Shown one piece after another: positions 43,537 to 60,960 of a stretch of DNA of 64,000 nucleotides. The stretch spans positions 83,638,001 through 83,702,000 of the forward strand of contig OZ024743.1 in the NCBI GenBank assembly GCA_964016885.1. The letters run 5' to 3'. A program made the position numbers and the translations under genes. The DNA comes from Eledone cirrhosa (Eukaryota). How positions within the stretch are numbered: the first letter of the stretch is position 1; every line of letters starts with the position of its first letter. The notes below the pieces were generated by a model. The model was not told where the DNA came from and searched no databases. It was given only the letters and a program-made list of their open reading frames with translations.

Positions 43537-44049
43537 TTATTCAGTGATTTTTAACATACTTGACCTCCTTTTCAACACAAGAGACATATAGAAACATATG
43601 TATATATTGACCCACAGTGGGTTGACATCCATTATAATAATATAGCATGGTAATTTACATACAAAGATTACAGTCATATTAAAGGACAAAATTAAAGTTA
43701 AAATTAAAATTAAAATTAAAATAAAACATTGGCAGTCTACTAAGATAAAGCAAAAGGAAAGTTTGGAGTAGCCAGTGTATGCAACAGTCACACGTGTGGC
43801 ATGCACGCGTGTGACTGTTGCATACACTGTGTGACTGTTGCATGCCACACGTGTGACTGTTGCATACACTGTTGCATACACTGGTTTCTATATGTCTCTT
43901 GTGTTGAAAAGGAGGTCAAGTATGTTAAAAATCACTGAATAATTGCTCCGAAGACTCCAAACCTCGATTTGGAAGAAACAATTGTAAGCAAATAAATGAT
44001 TTAAACAGAACTTTGTTTCATGTAATCTCTATATAAATATATATATATA

Positions 44050-44752
44050 TAAATGGAGACTTAGTTAAAGGAAAACGACCTCCACATAAACCAAAAAAGA
44101 GGTACAAGGATTCCTTGAAAGCCTCTTTGAAAGACGCTAACATTTCTGCTGATACATGGGAAAGCGTAGTTGCTGATCGTAATAAATAGAGAAAGATGTA
44201 CATGAGGGGAAAGTTGCCTTTGAGGCATCTGGAATCGCATACGAGAAAGTAAAGAGGGATGTGGGGAAAGGCATTGCTGTTGCATTTCCAGGCAGCGAAG
44301 GTCCGCCTATGGCGATGACATGCAGCGTCTGTGCGGGACTCTGCCTCAGCAAAGCTGGACTCGAAACTCATCTTCGCAGTCATAAAGTGAGACCAGTGGT
44401 TGACTACTCATCATGCCTGCCAAGCATGTGGTAGAGAGTGTAAATCAGCAGGAGGGTTCAAACGACATGCAAAAGTACATGAAATCCAACCACAGCCGGC
44501 TATTCCCAGTGAATGTTTTGGTTGCCAACTCTGTGCAAGACATTTTAGATCATTGGCTGGACTAAAAAGCCACATTCGATCGCAGCACCGTTAATTGTTA
44601 TTGTGTGTGTGTATGTGTATATGTATATATAGATATGTATATGTGTGTGCGTGTGTGTATATATATATTTTTTTTATTGTTATTATTATTATTGTCGTTA
44701 TTATGTTTTTTTCCTTGCAATGGCCATACTCGATAACGAGAGAGCAGCCATC
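44050..44752 (+). mobile_element. RTE-like LINE 3' end with three C2H2 zinc fingers
   Basis: GKRPPHKPKKRYKDSLK..WE..ADR; CSVC..HLRSH, CQAC..HAKVH, CQLC..HIRSQH; tail GGCCATACTCGATAACGAG..GCAGCCATCAT. Confidence 0.75.
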
Positions 44753-44905
<153 letters not shown>

Positions 44906-45173
44906 CTTTGAAACTATCTTATGATAGACATCACACCACCCGGCTTGTTTTCCCCTTTTCTCTCTGCTTACCCCTCCTACACCCCAGTGTTGTCCATCTT
45001 TGTCTCCACATAGGACAACAGTCTTTACTCTTTTACTATTTCTCTCAGTTCTTTATTTTTCTCTTTTGCCTAAGCCCTAGTGCACTCTATATTTGTGTAA
45101 TTTTCCTAAAGGCATAACCTGATCCGATGGGTGGCCCCATCCAAACTGGATGGGACCACCTATGTAAACTCCA

Positions 45174-45257
45174 ATATCTGACGAGGTGTCTGTTAAGAGT
45201 CGGGATTCGATCGCCTGATCAAACCCGAGCTGATCGATATCGAAACAATTGTAATAT
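45174..45257 (+). ncRNA. Type I hammerhead in PLE pseudo-LTR (~44900..45420)
   Basis: AUAU-CUGACGA-GGUGUC..GAUAUC-GAAAC-aauu-GUA-AUAU; AATAAA a few nt downstream. Confidence 0.8.
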
Positions 45258-45586
45258 GAAATAAAGTCCCCATAAGCTGCAATTCTTATTATCACTCTAT
45301 ATATACACTCTGCAAACTACAGCCGCTTTAAACCTGGAACACACCCCAACGAGAGACGGACCCAGTAACAGCATTGAGTGCTTTGAGCAGCGGCGCCGCT
45401 AGTAACCACAAGTTACTCACATAATAATTGTTTCTACTTTAGGCTCAAGGCCAGCAATTACCCAGTGCATTACTGGTACTTTATTTTATCGACCCCGTAA
45501 GGATGAAAGGCAAAGTCAACCTAATAACATACATATATATGTAGATATGTGTGTGTATGTATATATATATGTATATATATATACAT

Positions 45587-46002
45587 ATCACCGGGAGAGA
45601 TGACCCTTTAGCCTTTGTCAAGGCAGAATTCTAGGAGAAGGAAAACTCTGATATAACACCTGCAACCCTGATGGTATCCAATGATGTTGACTTGTTCTTC
45701 TTTTTGGTAAATATCATCTTGGTTAAGAGAGTGGGACTGGCTTTGTGCAGTGCCTTTGCTCACTATAAAAGCTTCACGACACAGGCATTGCTTTATATCT
45801 GGAGATCTCTCTGCACTTGTCGTCACAGGGTACCATGGGCCCAGCACTATGTGTCAACAATTGTCACAAGTGTAGTGTTTGTACCAGAGTTTTCAAGTCG
45901 CTGGCTGGACTAAAAAGTCACACTCGTTCAGCGCATCGGTAGGGGTTCTCCTATATGGATATAAAGTAGTGGCCGTACTCGAAAACGAGTTGGCAGCCAC
46001 CA
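45587..46002 (+). mobile_element. 5'-truncated copy of the 610-bp RTE-derived repeat
   Basis: Matches ~17347..17762. Confidence 0.85.
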
Positions 46003-46085
46003 TATATATATATACATGTATGTATGTATTTATGTAAAAATTTTTTTTTTTTTTTAAAAGGAGCGAGTGTATGAATATATATGTG

Positions 46086-46175
<90 letters not shown>

Positions 46176-46189
46176 CGTGTGTGTGGATT

Positions 46190-48060
46190 CTCTCGTCTCA
46201 AACGACAAATGAGGGTTCAGCAAAAATCAGTGCCTCTAGACTCCATGAACGCACATATGTTTCTTGAGGCCTGCAGCTGTCCTGCACACCTTTTGACAGA
46301 TGAAGCATGTCACAGACTCGTTCTACCCGAGAGTGAATCAACCATTACATGCTTCCTGGAGTTGATTGCGAGGCCCGCTTTGCTCCGTGCTATAAACCCA
46401 TAGTGGCAAGTAAGGTTGTCATTTTAAGGAGCAGCATGCTGCCAGCACGCCTGAGCTGGACTTTTATAAGGATAGCTTCAATTCCTGACATGCAATATAT
46501 TTAGTTAGAACGGTAAGTTTTATGTTGCCGATAGTACGCAAGCATCGCATGTAAAAAACATCAAGCTGATTGATGTCCATGATTCAGCGCCATAGAGTAG
46601 CGATATTAGTACTACTGACTTGTTCACATCAATTTTCACCTTTAATGAGACACCATGCGTGTTCCAAATCCTGTGGTAAAGCCTGCCAAAGGCAGATCTA
46701 ACCTTCCCAATCCTGCACACTATTTCTTTGCCCATCTTGCATCATTGAATATAATGGAGCCAAGATAGGTGAAGGGGGAAACAGTTTTCGAGTCCTTTTC
46801 ATCGACATAAACAGTAGAAACAATAGCGGGAGGATGGTCGTGGGAAGGCTGGTGGACAAGCTCCGTGTTTTTTTTAATATTGGTGGTCAGTATTAAAACC
46901 AAAAGCTTTAGACTCATGAGAGAAGTTGTCAGCGATCCACTGCATTTCCTCAGGGTTGTGGGCTAAAATATCAGGTTACGAGCAGTTTACACTGTAGTTT
47001 TAGTTCCTGCTTTGAAGCGATGTTGGTTGAACAAGCCACATCTTGTTCTATATTCAAACCTCACTCTCTATTTGACATTCTCAAAAGCAGTCTCCAGCAT
47101 GACAGAGAAATACAAAGCAAACTGGAGTGGTGCAAGAACGTACTCTTGTTTTGAAACAGTGAATGGGTCGGACACTTCTCCGCTGGTTCTAACTGAAGCC
47201 ATCATCCTCCGATGGAAAAAAATGATGATATTAAGTATCTTTTCTGCAACACCTAACTTCTTAAGGATAACCCAGAGAGCATCTTTGGAAACGGTGTATT
47301 GAAATCACTCAACAGACGGAGTTTATCATGGATGGAAATACTTCTCAACTGACTACGTAACTCAGAGTAGCGCTGTTCCTTAGTTCCATCACTAGACTTC
47401 ATGGTAGGAGTATAGCAACTTAAAATGGTTGCATACTTGTTTCTATCAATGCAAATACGCAAAGTCATGTCTTTCGTTGATGCCAACAGCTATTCCAATG
47501 TTTTTTTCTCTTTTAGGACAGAAGAAATCAAAGCAGTCCTACGGTCGAGGTTCTTCTTGCTGTCTTGGAGAGTTCGTACATTCCAAGACCCAATGAATAG
47601 GTCTTTTTTAATTTAATTTTGATTCCTTTAGTGTTCTGGTGCAGTTTTTGATGCCCAGTCGTCTGCACCTAATGGTAGGGTGTGGTGCGAGTAAGCAAAT
47701 TTTAGGTCGCATTTTCTTGATCCTTCATCCCTAGGAGGAAAGCAGTGTCATCCCAAACGGGGCTGCTTTGTTGTGAGAGAAGGACACGAATTACACAATT
47801 ACTCACAAATATTGTGCAAAACGGCCATCTATCTCTCATCATCCATGTGCAGACTTAAAGCTGGAAACTTCCAGTGACATACTTCGCCTGTTCCTCTCGC
47901 TATCTGTCCATCACCATAGGACTTTTTTTATGGTATTTACTGAACTACCTTCACATGACTTGTTTATAGCGATCATTGTTTGTGGAACACAATGCACACT
48001 CTCACCACCAAGATAGCATTTACCGGTGCGGGTGCACGGTGTGCCATATGCCAGATGCTA
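46190..48060 (-). mobile_element. Degenerate RTE-clade LINE (APE endonuclease + RT fragments)
   Basis: IGSWNVRTL; TILSCYTPT..SDGTKEQ.YSEL..LLSDFN; FTYLGSII; RIGKVRSAFGRL..LLYGAESWT. Confidence 0.8.
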
Positions 48061-48093
48061 AAATGATCGTTTTATGAATTTTTTTAATATATA

Positions 48094-50664
48094 TCTATAT
48101 ATATAAAAATGAATGTATCTTTGTTTGTTTGTCCAAAGATATAAACGGAGAAAGAGAAATCAACGTATATTCAAACAGAGAGTGAAAGAGCGAGTAGTCT
48201 GGCTGCTTTGAACCACTCCCTATATTAGACTGTCTCTAAAGTTATAAACGGAGAAAGAGAAATCAACGTATAGACAAAGAGAGAGTGAAAGAGCAACATA
48301 TAGACAAAGAGAGAGTGCTATAAACGGAGAAAGAGAAATCAACGTATAGACAAAGAGTGAGTGAAAGAGCGAGTGTGAAATGTTTTTAATTAAAGATAAT
48401 TTCAATAGAATTAGTATTCTCTCTTTAATTTAATATAATTTCAATAGAATTAGTAAATTCTCTCTTTAATTTAATATAATTTCAATAGAATTAGTATAGT
48501 GTCTGTTTCACATTACTTCCCTTCCACTCCCATTACAGGGAATTCTTTTTCAGCTAGCCCTTAACTAAGTGCTGTAATTTGATATCTTCATTTCGTCTGT
48601 CCTTATTTTCCTGACCTGGACACATACGTGGACCGACATCATTCCAAGAATTGAGAACAGTAAACGGTCAAGTATGTGCCACTTATCGTGAAGCTTGCCA
48701 AGAATTAAATCTTCTTGAAAATGATGGACATTGGGACACTTCACTCGCTGATGCATCGAATACTGCTCGACCAAAGCAAATACGCACATTATTCTCAATA
48801 ATATTGACAACGTGCTTCCCATCAAATCCAAAAGATCTTTGGGAAAAATATAAAGACTACATGAGTGAAGACATCCTACATCGTTTGCGTGCAACAAATC
48901 AAAATATGAATATTCAATTCACACCAAATGTGTATAATGAAGCATTGGTTTCCATTGAGGTCATATGTTTAGCAATCGCTAACAAAACATTGGTACAATT
49001 GGGAATGCCTGCGCCGAATCGATCTGTAAACGACATTTTCGATCGTGATTTGCAACGAGAAACAAACTTTGATGTCGCCGAATTGGGTACATTTGTTCAA
49101 ACGAATCTTCCCAAATTGCTACCAGAACAACGCATAATATATGACCAAATTATGCAGGCAATTATAAGTCAAAGCGGCGGATTGTATTTTATAGATGCGC
49201 CCGGTGGTACAGGCAAAACTTTTCTCATTTCACTTATTTTGGCAACTATACGATCAGAAAATAATATTGCACTGGCAATCGCATCATCTGGAATTGCGGC
49301 AATTCTTTTAGATGGTGGCCGAACAGCACATTCAGCCCTGAAATTGCCATTGAATATGCAAATCGCTGAGACATCAACATGCAATATTACCAAAGATTCT
49401 GGTATAGGTAAAGTACTCCAATCATGTAAAATCATTATATGGGACTATGGCGCACAAAAAATCATTGGAAGCGCTTAATAATACGCTAAAAGATTTGAAA
49501 GGAAATGAACAGCTCTTCGGTGGCACACTCATTTTATTGTCTGGTGATTTTCGACAAACTCTACCAGTTATACCGCGATCAACACCCGCTGATGAGCTTA
49601 ATGCATGTCTCAAATCATCAGTTTTATGGCGACACGTACAGAAATTAACTTTAAAAAACAATATGCGTGTACAACTACAAAATGACGCATCCGCTGAACG
49701 TTTCACAAAACAATTGCTGGATATTGGGAATGGGAAAATGGTAATCGATGATTCCACAAAATGTATCACATTGCCAACAAACTTCTGTAGAATCACGGCA
49801 ACCAGAGACGAACTGATTCACAAAGTGTTCCCAAATATTGCGCAGCTTTACAAAAATCATCAGTGGCTCAGTGTACGTGCTATATTAGCAGCCAAAAACA
49901 CCGATGTCAATGCCATTAATTTCAGCATTCAAAACGAAATACCAGGCGAAGCGACAACGTATAAGTCCATCGATACTGTAATGAATCAAGACGAAATTAT
50001 CAATTATCCAATTGAATTCTTGAATTCACTTGATTTGCCAGGCATGCCACCGCACATTTTAACATTGAAAATTGGCGTGCCTATCATCCTTCTCCGAAAC
50101 ATCAATCCACCACAACTTTGCAACGGTACCAGACTTTCAGTGAAAAAGACGATGAACAATATCATCGAGGCTACAATTTTAAATGGAAAATTTAAAGGAG
50201 AAGATGTACTCTTGCCACGCATCCCAATCATTCCAACAGATACGCCATTCGATTTCAAACGTTTGCAGTTTCCGGTGCGACTCGCCTTTGCAATGACTAT
50301 CAACAAAGCACAAGGACAATCGCTACAAGTGTGTGGACTAAATTTAGAAAATCCATGCTTCTCACATGGACAGCTGTATGTGGCTTGCTCACGCGTCGGT
50401 AAACCTTCTGATTTATTCGTGTACGCACCAGAAGGAAAAACAAAAAACATTGTGTATCCAAAAGCACTTCAGTAAAACAAATTAAATGTTCTTATAACGA
50501 ATTTTCTTTAAATTCGTCAGTCATTCAGTCATTTAAAGATAAATGTTAAAATCTAAAAAATAGAAACTAAATTACAGAAGTTTTTAAATAACGATTAAAA
50601 TGTTAATATTATTCTTTTCTAAATAAGCTTTTTAACACTGAGCGAAGCCGGGTAGCTCCGCTAG
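48094..50664 (+). mobile_element. Helitron, internally deleted (no Rep domain)
   Basis: 5' TC (A|TCTATATATATAAAAATGAATG), 3' GC-rich subterminal sequence + CTAG|T; PIF1 helicase ORF; short tandem repeats ~48140..48500. Confidence 0.9.
48600..50475 (+). pseudogene. Helitron PIF1-family helicase, frameshifted near 49445
   Basis: DAPGGTGKT, ASSGIAA.LLDGGRTAHS, IIIWD (E missing), GDFRQTLPV, LCNGTRL, QFPVRLAFAMTINKAQGQSL, FSHGQLYVACSRV. Confidence 0.9.
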
Positions 50665-50991
50665 TATTTTATATAATAATAATATTAATGAGAGTAATTA
50701 GTAAGTATAGACCGTGGGTGTCATCAGAGTTCATTTAAATACCGATATAAGTCGCCCAGGAAAATAATTAGAACAGATAATATACAAAAAACACGCAAGT
50801 CGTGTAGGATATATACAAATATTGCTATTTGTATTTTCTAAAGCACAAATAATTATATATTTCTTTCAGACTACGATATTTTCAACTGTACTATTCTTAA
50901 CTGTAAACTTTTATCGTGATATTTTGATGAATGATTTGTATATTATCTGCTTTAATTATTTTCCCGAGTGACTTGCATTGGTATTTAAATA

Positions 50992-51082
50992 AACTCTGAT
51001 GACACCCACAGTCTATAGTCACCAATGGCGAATTGTTAAATAAAATGATTCGATATAACCTGGGTAGAAACAATTGTCAGTT
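50992..51082 (+). ncRNA. Type I hammerhead with long stem II loop
   Basis: AACU-CUGAUGA-c-ACCCA..UGGGU-a-GAAAC-aauu-GUC-AGUU-AAUAAA; inverted partial copy ~50705..50790. Confidence 0.8.
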
Positions 51083-51341
51083 AATAAATGCCTTAAATTC
51101 TTGGTTTGTAAACACATTGTAACTACATGTTTTATATACATATTTTATATATATTATATTTGGATTGGCAGTATCGGTAGAGGGTCGGACGCCATGCTTT
51201 CCAGCATAGTTACATCCCTTTACGATCTGAGTTCAAATCCCGCCGAGGTTGACTTTGCCTTTCATCCTTACGGGGTCGATAAAATAAAGTACCAGTAATG
51301 CACTGGGTTATTGCTGGCCTTGTGCCTAAAGTAGAAACAAT

Positions 51342-51377
<36 letters not shown>

Positions 51378-51574
51378 GTGTGTATGTGTGTGTGAGAGAG
51401 AAGGTGGAAAATATACTCCTCTGCTTGACAGGGCATATATATCTAAACTATATAGATTGCTCTATGAGTAATTAAAAAATATTAAGGGCTATGGCAATGA
51501 TCTTCATCACTGAAAGGAAGAATCCAGGATATATCGATACAAATCTGTGTCTGTATACAGAAACTATCTACCTG

Positions 51575-51667
<93 letters not shown>

Positions 51668-51710
51668 CAAAATGAAAATCCGAAGGCAAGGTAAAATTCC
51701 AATCATTTAA

Positions 51711-51784
51711 TCACGACCCATGTTTCAATAAGAGATAGATCGATTGTGAAGCCATGATCGATTATCACTGATCTCATCAGGTGA
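51711..51784 (-). ncRNA. Type I hammerhead
   Basis: UCAC-CUGAUGA-GAU..AUCGAU/AUCGAU..AUU-GAAAC-augg-GUC-GUGA. Confidence 0.7.
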
Positions 51785-52105
51785 AATGGACCATTTTACA
51801 CAACCAATATTGCACCTTACTATATATATATATATTATTAGAAATGTTAGCTATTGCCGTATTTTGACTAAAGAAATTAAAGAAATTATTTAGCCTGATA
51901 GTGGGGTTAAGAACCCTCAGAGAAATGGAAAAAGATGAGTATTGACGTATATGTACGTCAATACTCATCTTTTTCCATTTCTCCGAGGGTTCTTAACCCC
52001 ACTATCAGGCTAAATAATTTCTTTAATTTCTTTAGTCAAAATACGGCAATAGCTAACATTTCTAATAATTTCAAATCCACTCGCTGTTTCGAAAATATTC
52101 TTACT

Positions 52106-52155
<50 letters not shown>

Positions 52156-52481
52156 ATAAATTAACGGACCCATAAACTCTCGTTATTCCCTGTTTAAAGA
52201 GCTCAGGATTCCTTTTCCTTTGAGCACATTGTTGGCAGGGAATAACGAGAGTCTATGGCTCCATTAATTTATCGTGATATTTCGCTCCCTATAACAGTCA
52301 TTCCTCTCACTCTGTTTGGTTGAGGACACTTCTTTGAGTGGTTTTTGGGCTGCCCTTTCTAGCAGCTCGTCCCTCAGATGCCACTGGTTCACTGCCCTAA
52401 ACACGCTGTGACATCTCTCTGCCGCGTGTAGCTGGACGGTCGCTTTAGATTCTCTTAGAGTTGTCTGGAATGTATAGTCTT

Positions 52482-52564
52482 ACACGCGCTGATGAACCAT
52501 AGGCTATTCCATTTCAGTCAACAACTTCCTGGCGAAACAGATCTCTTTAGATTTGTGCGCATGT
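52482..52564 (+). ncRNA. Hammerhead with 8-bp stem III but GUG triplet (likely inactive copy)
   Basis: ACACGCG-CUGAUGA-a-CCA..UGG-c-GAAACAGAUCU/AGAUUU-GUG-CGCAUGU; element 52150..52730 starts with an imperfect hairpin. Confidence 0.6.
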
Positions 52565-52731
52565 GTTTTATAGTTATAGAGGTGCGTATATACATTTTTT
52601 TAATATTTTTAATTATTGTGTGTCTACTCTGCCTTCCATAGGTTATAGGTTCCATACTCTGGTGGTTTTCCCTGTTTTATTGATGGCGCACTATCTCTCT
52701 CTAGTGTGTTACCTTTTCAACATATTGTATA

Positions 52732-52788
<57 letters not shown>

Positions 52789-52852
52789 GTATACATATAT
52801 GGAAAATGTTTGACCCCGACGGCAGAGCTCAAGCCGTACATATATGTATATG

Positions 52853-52883
<31 letters not shown>

Positions 52884-53100
52884 CTGTGTGTGTGTGTGTG
52901 TGTGTGTATCTTCCACTCAGGGCCTTTTGATTGATAAAAGGCCTTGGGCGCGCTGCTGATCGATTCCGATGTCTTGTTTTAAGCGCCGAAACGTCTATTA
53001 TCTGCAGTTAACAGCTGATGAAGTGTTTCTTCTCTTTTTTCGTCGTTATTACCATCTTAAACTTTGTTTACAGTAACCACACAGCCTGCTTCGTTTCTTG

Positions 53101-53223
<123 letters not shown>

Positions 53224-53330
53224 ATATATTTCGTTTCTGAATTTGTGTAGCAAGATTCTTTATCTGAAAACGTGTGTTGAAACCGATATTGTTATACTTT
53301 GGGAGGGTCATGTTGCCAATATATATATAT

Positions 53331-53382
<52 letters not shown>

Positions 53383-53608
53383 AAGAGAGAGAGGGGAGAA
53401 TTTACAGTGCTAAAACCGAGGAGACCACTAACCATGAAAGTACTCCATGCACGATGAGATGCAGAGTGGTTAGAGAGATGTAAAATCCAGGCCGCGGCGC
53501 CAAGCTCATTCGGCTTGTGTGTTTAGCAACACAAGCCGAAACCTCTTGGCGCCGCGATCGGGATGATTTTACAACGCTCTCTCTCTCTCACTTTCTCTCT
53601 CTCTCTCC

Positions 53609-53646
<38 letters not shown>

Positions 53647-53838
53647 GAAAAGATTCAGGACCCCGACGGCTAAGCTCCGGCCGTTTCGACAACTAGATCC
53701 GTAGTTCGGATCTAGCTGTCGAAACGACCTGAGCTCAGCCGTCGGGGTCCTGAATCTTTTCATATTACCCACTCTACTACCCCAACTATCGAGTACTCTG
53801 GTGGGTTATGGTCCCCCTCGTATTTTACCACACCCTTC

Positions 53839-53898
<60 letters not shown>

Positions 53899-54077
53899 TG
53901 GGGGAGAAAGTGAGAGACAATTCTCACACAAACATATCTGTACAACCCCCAAACCCGCCAACACACCAATACGATCATGGATAAATATACACATTTAATT
54001 AACTAACTAACCGTACTATCTCACTCAGCCATGCTACACGGCCACTCCAATATTCACACTACACTCCTTCACCACCA

Positions 54078-54225
54078 ATAGATAGATAGATAGATAGATA
54101 TGTTTCTTTATTAGCCACAGGGGCACAAAACAAGGGGACAAATACAAAGGGGGAAGTTTACATACAATAAAAAACGTGTAAAATACTATCACAAATGCAA
54201 TTTAAAAATCAATCGATTTTCCCCA

Positions 54226-54283
<58 letters not shown>

Positions 54284-55305
54284 TTCTTTATTAGCCACAA
54301 GGGCGCACAAGAAAAGGGGACAAAACAAGGACATATGCCGGGGATTTTACATCGTGTAAAAAAATATAAAGCAAACAATTATAACAATCGAAATCCCCAA
54401 TAGGGGGAGGCGCCACAAATGGGTTGTTTAATACCCCGTGGATAGAACAACCCTCAACTTCAGGAGCGTGTTGTGCGAGTGCTCCTTTCTTCCTTTTGCT
54501 CTCTTCTTCAAGCTATAGGTTTATGTACAGAGAAGGCCCAATCACTCGGGCCATTTTCGCTTCATTCACCCACCTTTCAGTAAATTTACTGGGTTGTAGT
54601 GCCTCTCTCTCCACCCTGATTCTCCTTCTAAAGTGATACTTAAAGAAGGGAATCAATTGTTGTCCGGAGAGAAAAGCATCTGTCCTCAGCCCTCTCAATC
54701 TCGTCCACCATATAACTTCTTTCACCATAGCTACTGTACAGAGGAAAACGGCCTCTCTTTCGTTTTTGAAAGAGGCTGGCGGTTTGATCCTTACTATGGA
54801 CTCGGCAGTCAAAAGGATTTGTCCCCTACGCGACAGCAGTTGTTCTGCATAGTTCCACAGGTCGCTTACGCCCGGGCAGTGTACAATTGCCCCGTTCGAC
54901 GCACCGCCACTCTGCTGGAACAGTTGCGCAAAGTGCCGCTGAAAGGCCGCGCACATCCGCTTGGGGTCAGGAAGCACGCGTCCGTTTTGATCTTTCAAAG
55001 ACCGAATCGTGGACTTCTTGCCCCTTTTCGCCTCTGCCACTTTGGCCCAGCTAACAGCTTTTGTTGCTCCCTCGTTTCCTAGAGCACGTGATTTGCTTCT
55101 GACCACGCAGCCTTCGTATTTTGCGTCGAAGAAATGGTCCAGTGCCGTTCTCGTTGCTAGCACTCTAGCTGCGTTGCCACTCCTAAGCGCCTCCTCTACC
55201 TTGGCTACTAGTTCTGTTTCTGTTTTGTTTTTTTCTAAGGCTAATACTCTGCTAAAGTCTATCGACTCTACTCTATTTGCTCTCTTGAGAGAGTATCACC
55301 ATCTG
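54078..55305 (-). mobile_element. Tx1-like LINE: internally deleted copy plus extra 3'-end fragment, each abutting (GATA)n
   Basis: ORF 54513..55163 fuses segments homologous to ~32100..32380 and ~30730..31100; 3' ends TTTCTTTATTAGCCACA. Confidence 0.85.
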
Positions 55306-55512
55306 TTGACATCCGTAAAGAGACGAAAACGAATGGATAACACCAGTACAATATAGATCCATTAAATTACTCATTAACTAATGAGCAGAGATACATCAAA
55401 GACTTCATGTATCTTAAATAAGGGCGTGAATAAATATATGGGTGCACTGGGAATAAACTAAAAACACTTAATTTACGATCTCTGTATCCCAAGTAGTGTA
55501 CGTAAGTTTTGA

Positions 55513-55710
<198 letters not shown>

Positions 55711-55849
55711 GCAATGTATGTATGTGCATATACATATATATGTATATGTATATACATATACATATGTATGTATATGCATATACATATATATATACATATG
55801 TATATGTATATGCATATACATATATATGTATATTCATGTACACATATAT

Positions 55850-55960
<111 letters not shown>

Positions 55961-56157
55961 GTATATATATGAGTATATATATATAGAATAAGAAAAGCAT
56001 GTGGCCACTGACGTCATTAAAATATGTATCACAGCATTATCATTAAATGTTCTTTAATGATAATACTGTGATGTGGCCACATCATGATGTGGCCACATTA
56101 ATGACGTCAGTGACCACATGCTTTTCTTATTCTATATATATATACTCATATATATAC

Positions 56158-56209
<52 letters not shown>

Positions 56210-56461
56210 GTATATATATGAGTATATATATATAGAATAAGAAAAGCACGTGGCCACTGACGTCATTAAAATATGTATCACAGCATTATCATTAAAGAAC
56301 TTTAACATCTGAAACTACTTCGCATTTTCTTATTTTAAATATACTCCGTCATTCCTATGTGGGAAAAGTACGCTGACTGCTGGATTTGAATTGCATCAAT
56401 ATTTACCTTAAGTATATATATATATATATATATATTGACGTACATATATATATATATTGAC

Positions 56462-56525
<64 letters not shown>

Positions 56526-57098
56526 GAAGTAATTCCGTCGGAAAAGTCCAGGAAAAAAGAGTACTCTATGTAGGTAACAGGTTTTTAAAATCCAATATCA
56601 ATAAACAGACCAAGATTTTTTCTTTCTGATGATTGAAAGCAAAATTTTTGGCTTTTAAGAAACCACTGGTAAATGGAATAATTGCCTTATGTTGTTTATT
56701 ACATAACTATATATATATATATATATTGACGTACATGTACGTCAATACTTATCTTTTTCCATTAGTGGGGTTAAGAACTCCGAGGGTTCTTAACCCCACT
56801 ATCAGGCTAATTAATTTCTTTAATTTCTTTAGTCAAAATACGGTGATAGCTTACATTTATAATAATTTCAAACTCGCTCGCTTCCCCAATAACTTCCTTT
56901 ACGAAATGCAAGGGTATTTACATTTTAACCATTCTGCTCTGAGGAAACGGTAAAAACAGCATTTGAAAATTGAGTTTCTGCAAATAATTACCAAATTGCA
57001 CATAGCATGACTAGGCTGTATAACTACTGTTTAAACATTTGTAAGCACTCGGAATAAATTACCTTTTTATGATGTCTACCTGTTATTATTCATTCTAA

Positions 57099-57165
<67 letters not shown>

Positions 57166-57368
57166 GAAAAAGTATGACCCCGACGGCAGAGCTCAAGGCG
57201 TTTCGACGTCCAGAAATAGCCGTCGAAACGGCTTGAGCTCTGCCGTCGGGTCATACTTTTTCCTATTTCCCACTCTACTACCCTAAGTATTGAGTACTCC
57301 GGTGCGTTATGGTCCATCTGGTTCCTTACCACATTTCCTTTGTTATATATATATATATGTGTGTGTGC

Positions 57369-57585
<217 letters not shown>

Positions 57586-57691
57586 AGGAATTTATATCTA
57601 GTAACATTTATATACACACAGATGCATATCAATGCTAGCAAATATATATATATATATATGTGTATATATATATATATATTTTACGTCTCTC

Positions 57692-57722
<31 letters not shown>

Positions 57723-58028
57723 CCGACCAATCAAAATTGTTTTGACCACAAGAATTTTTGCAACACCAAAGTAACGCTGGAGCCACTTTTTTTAACATAA
57801 AAACAGGTAGAATTCCCAAAACTAATCAGATCAGAGCAAACAACACGGACACTCTATCTCAAAATTATTTTTGAAAAGCATTTAGAAATGCGCAACCGGT
57901 AAAAACTTAAAAACTTAAAACCACAACTGAATACTAACCCATACAATCACTAATACTCTTTTATTCCTAATTAAACCATTTTTCAACTGTGAACAATTTG
58001 TCAGCATTTTCTATTCCGTTTACCAATA

Positions 58029-60955
<2,927 letters not shown>

Positions 60956-60960
<5 letters not shown>

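Noticed and set aside
44400-44594. Host C2H2 zinc-finger gene exon
   Set aside because: Contiguous with an RTE-like C-terminus and LINE tail, and frameshifted
48651-50475. Host PIF1 gene
   Set aside because: Intronless, Helitron-type motifs, bounded by TC..CTAG termini
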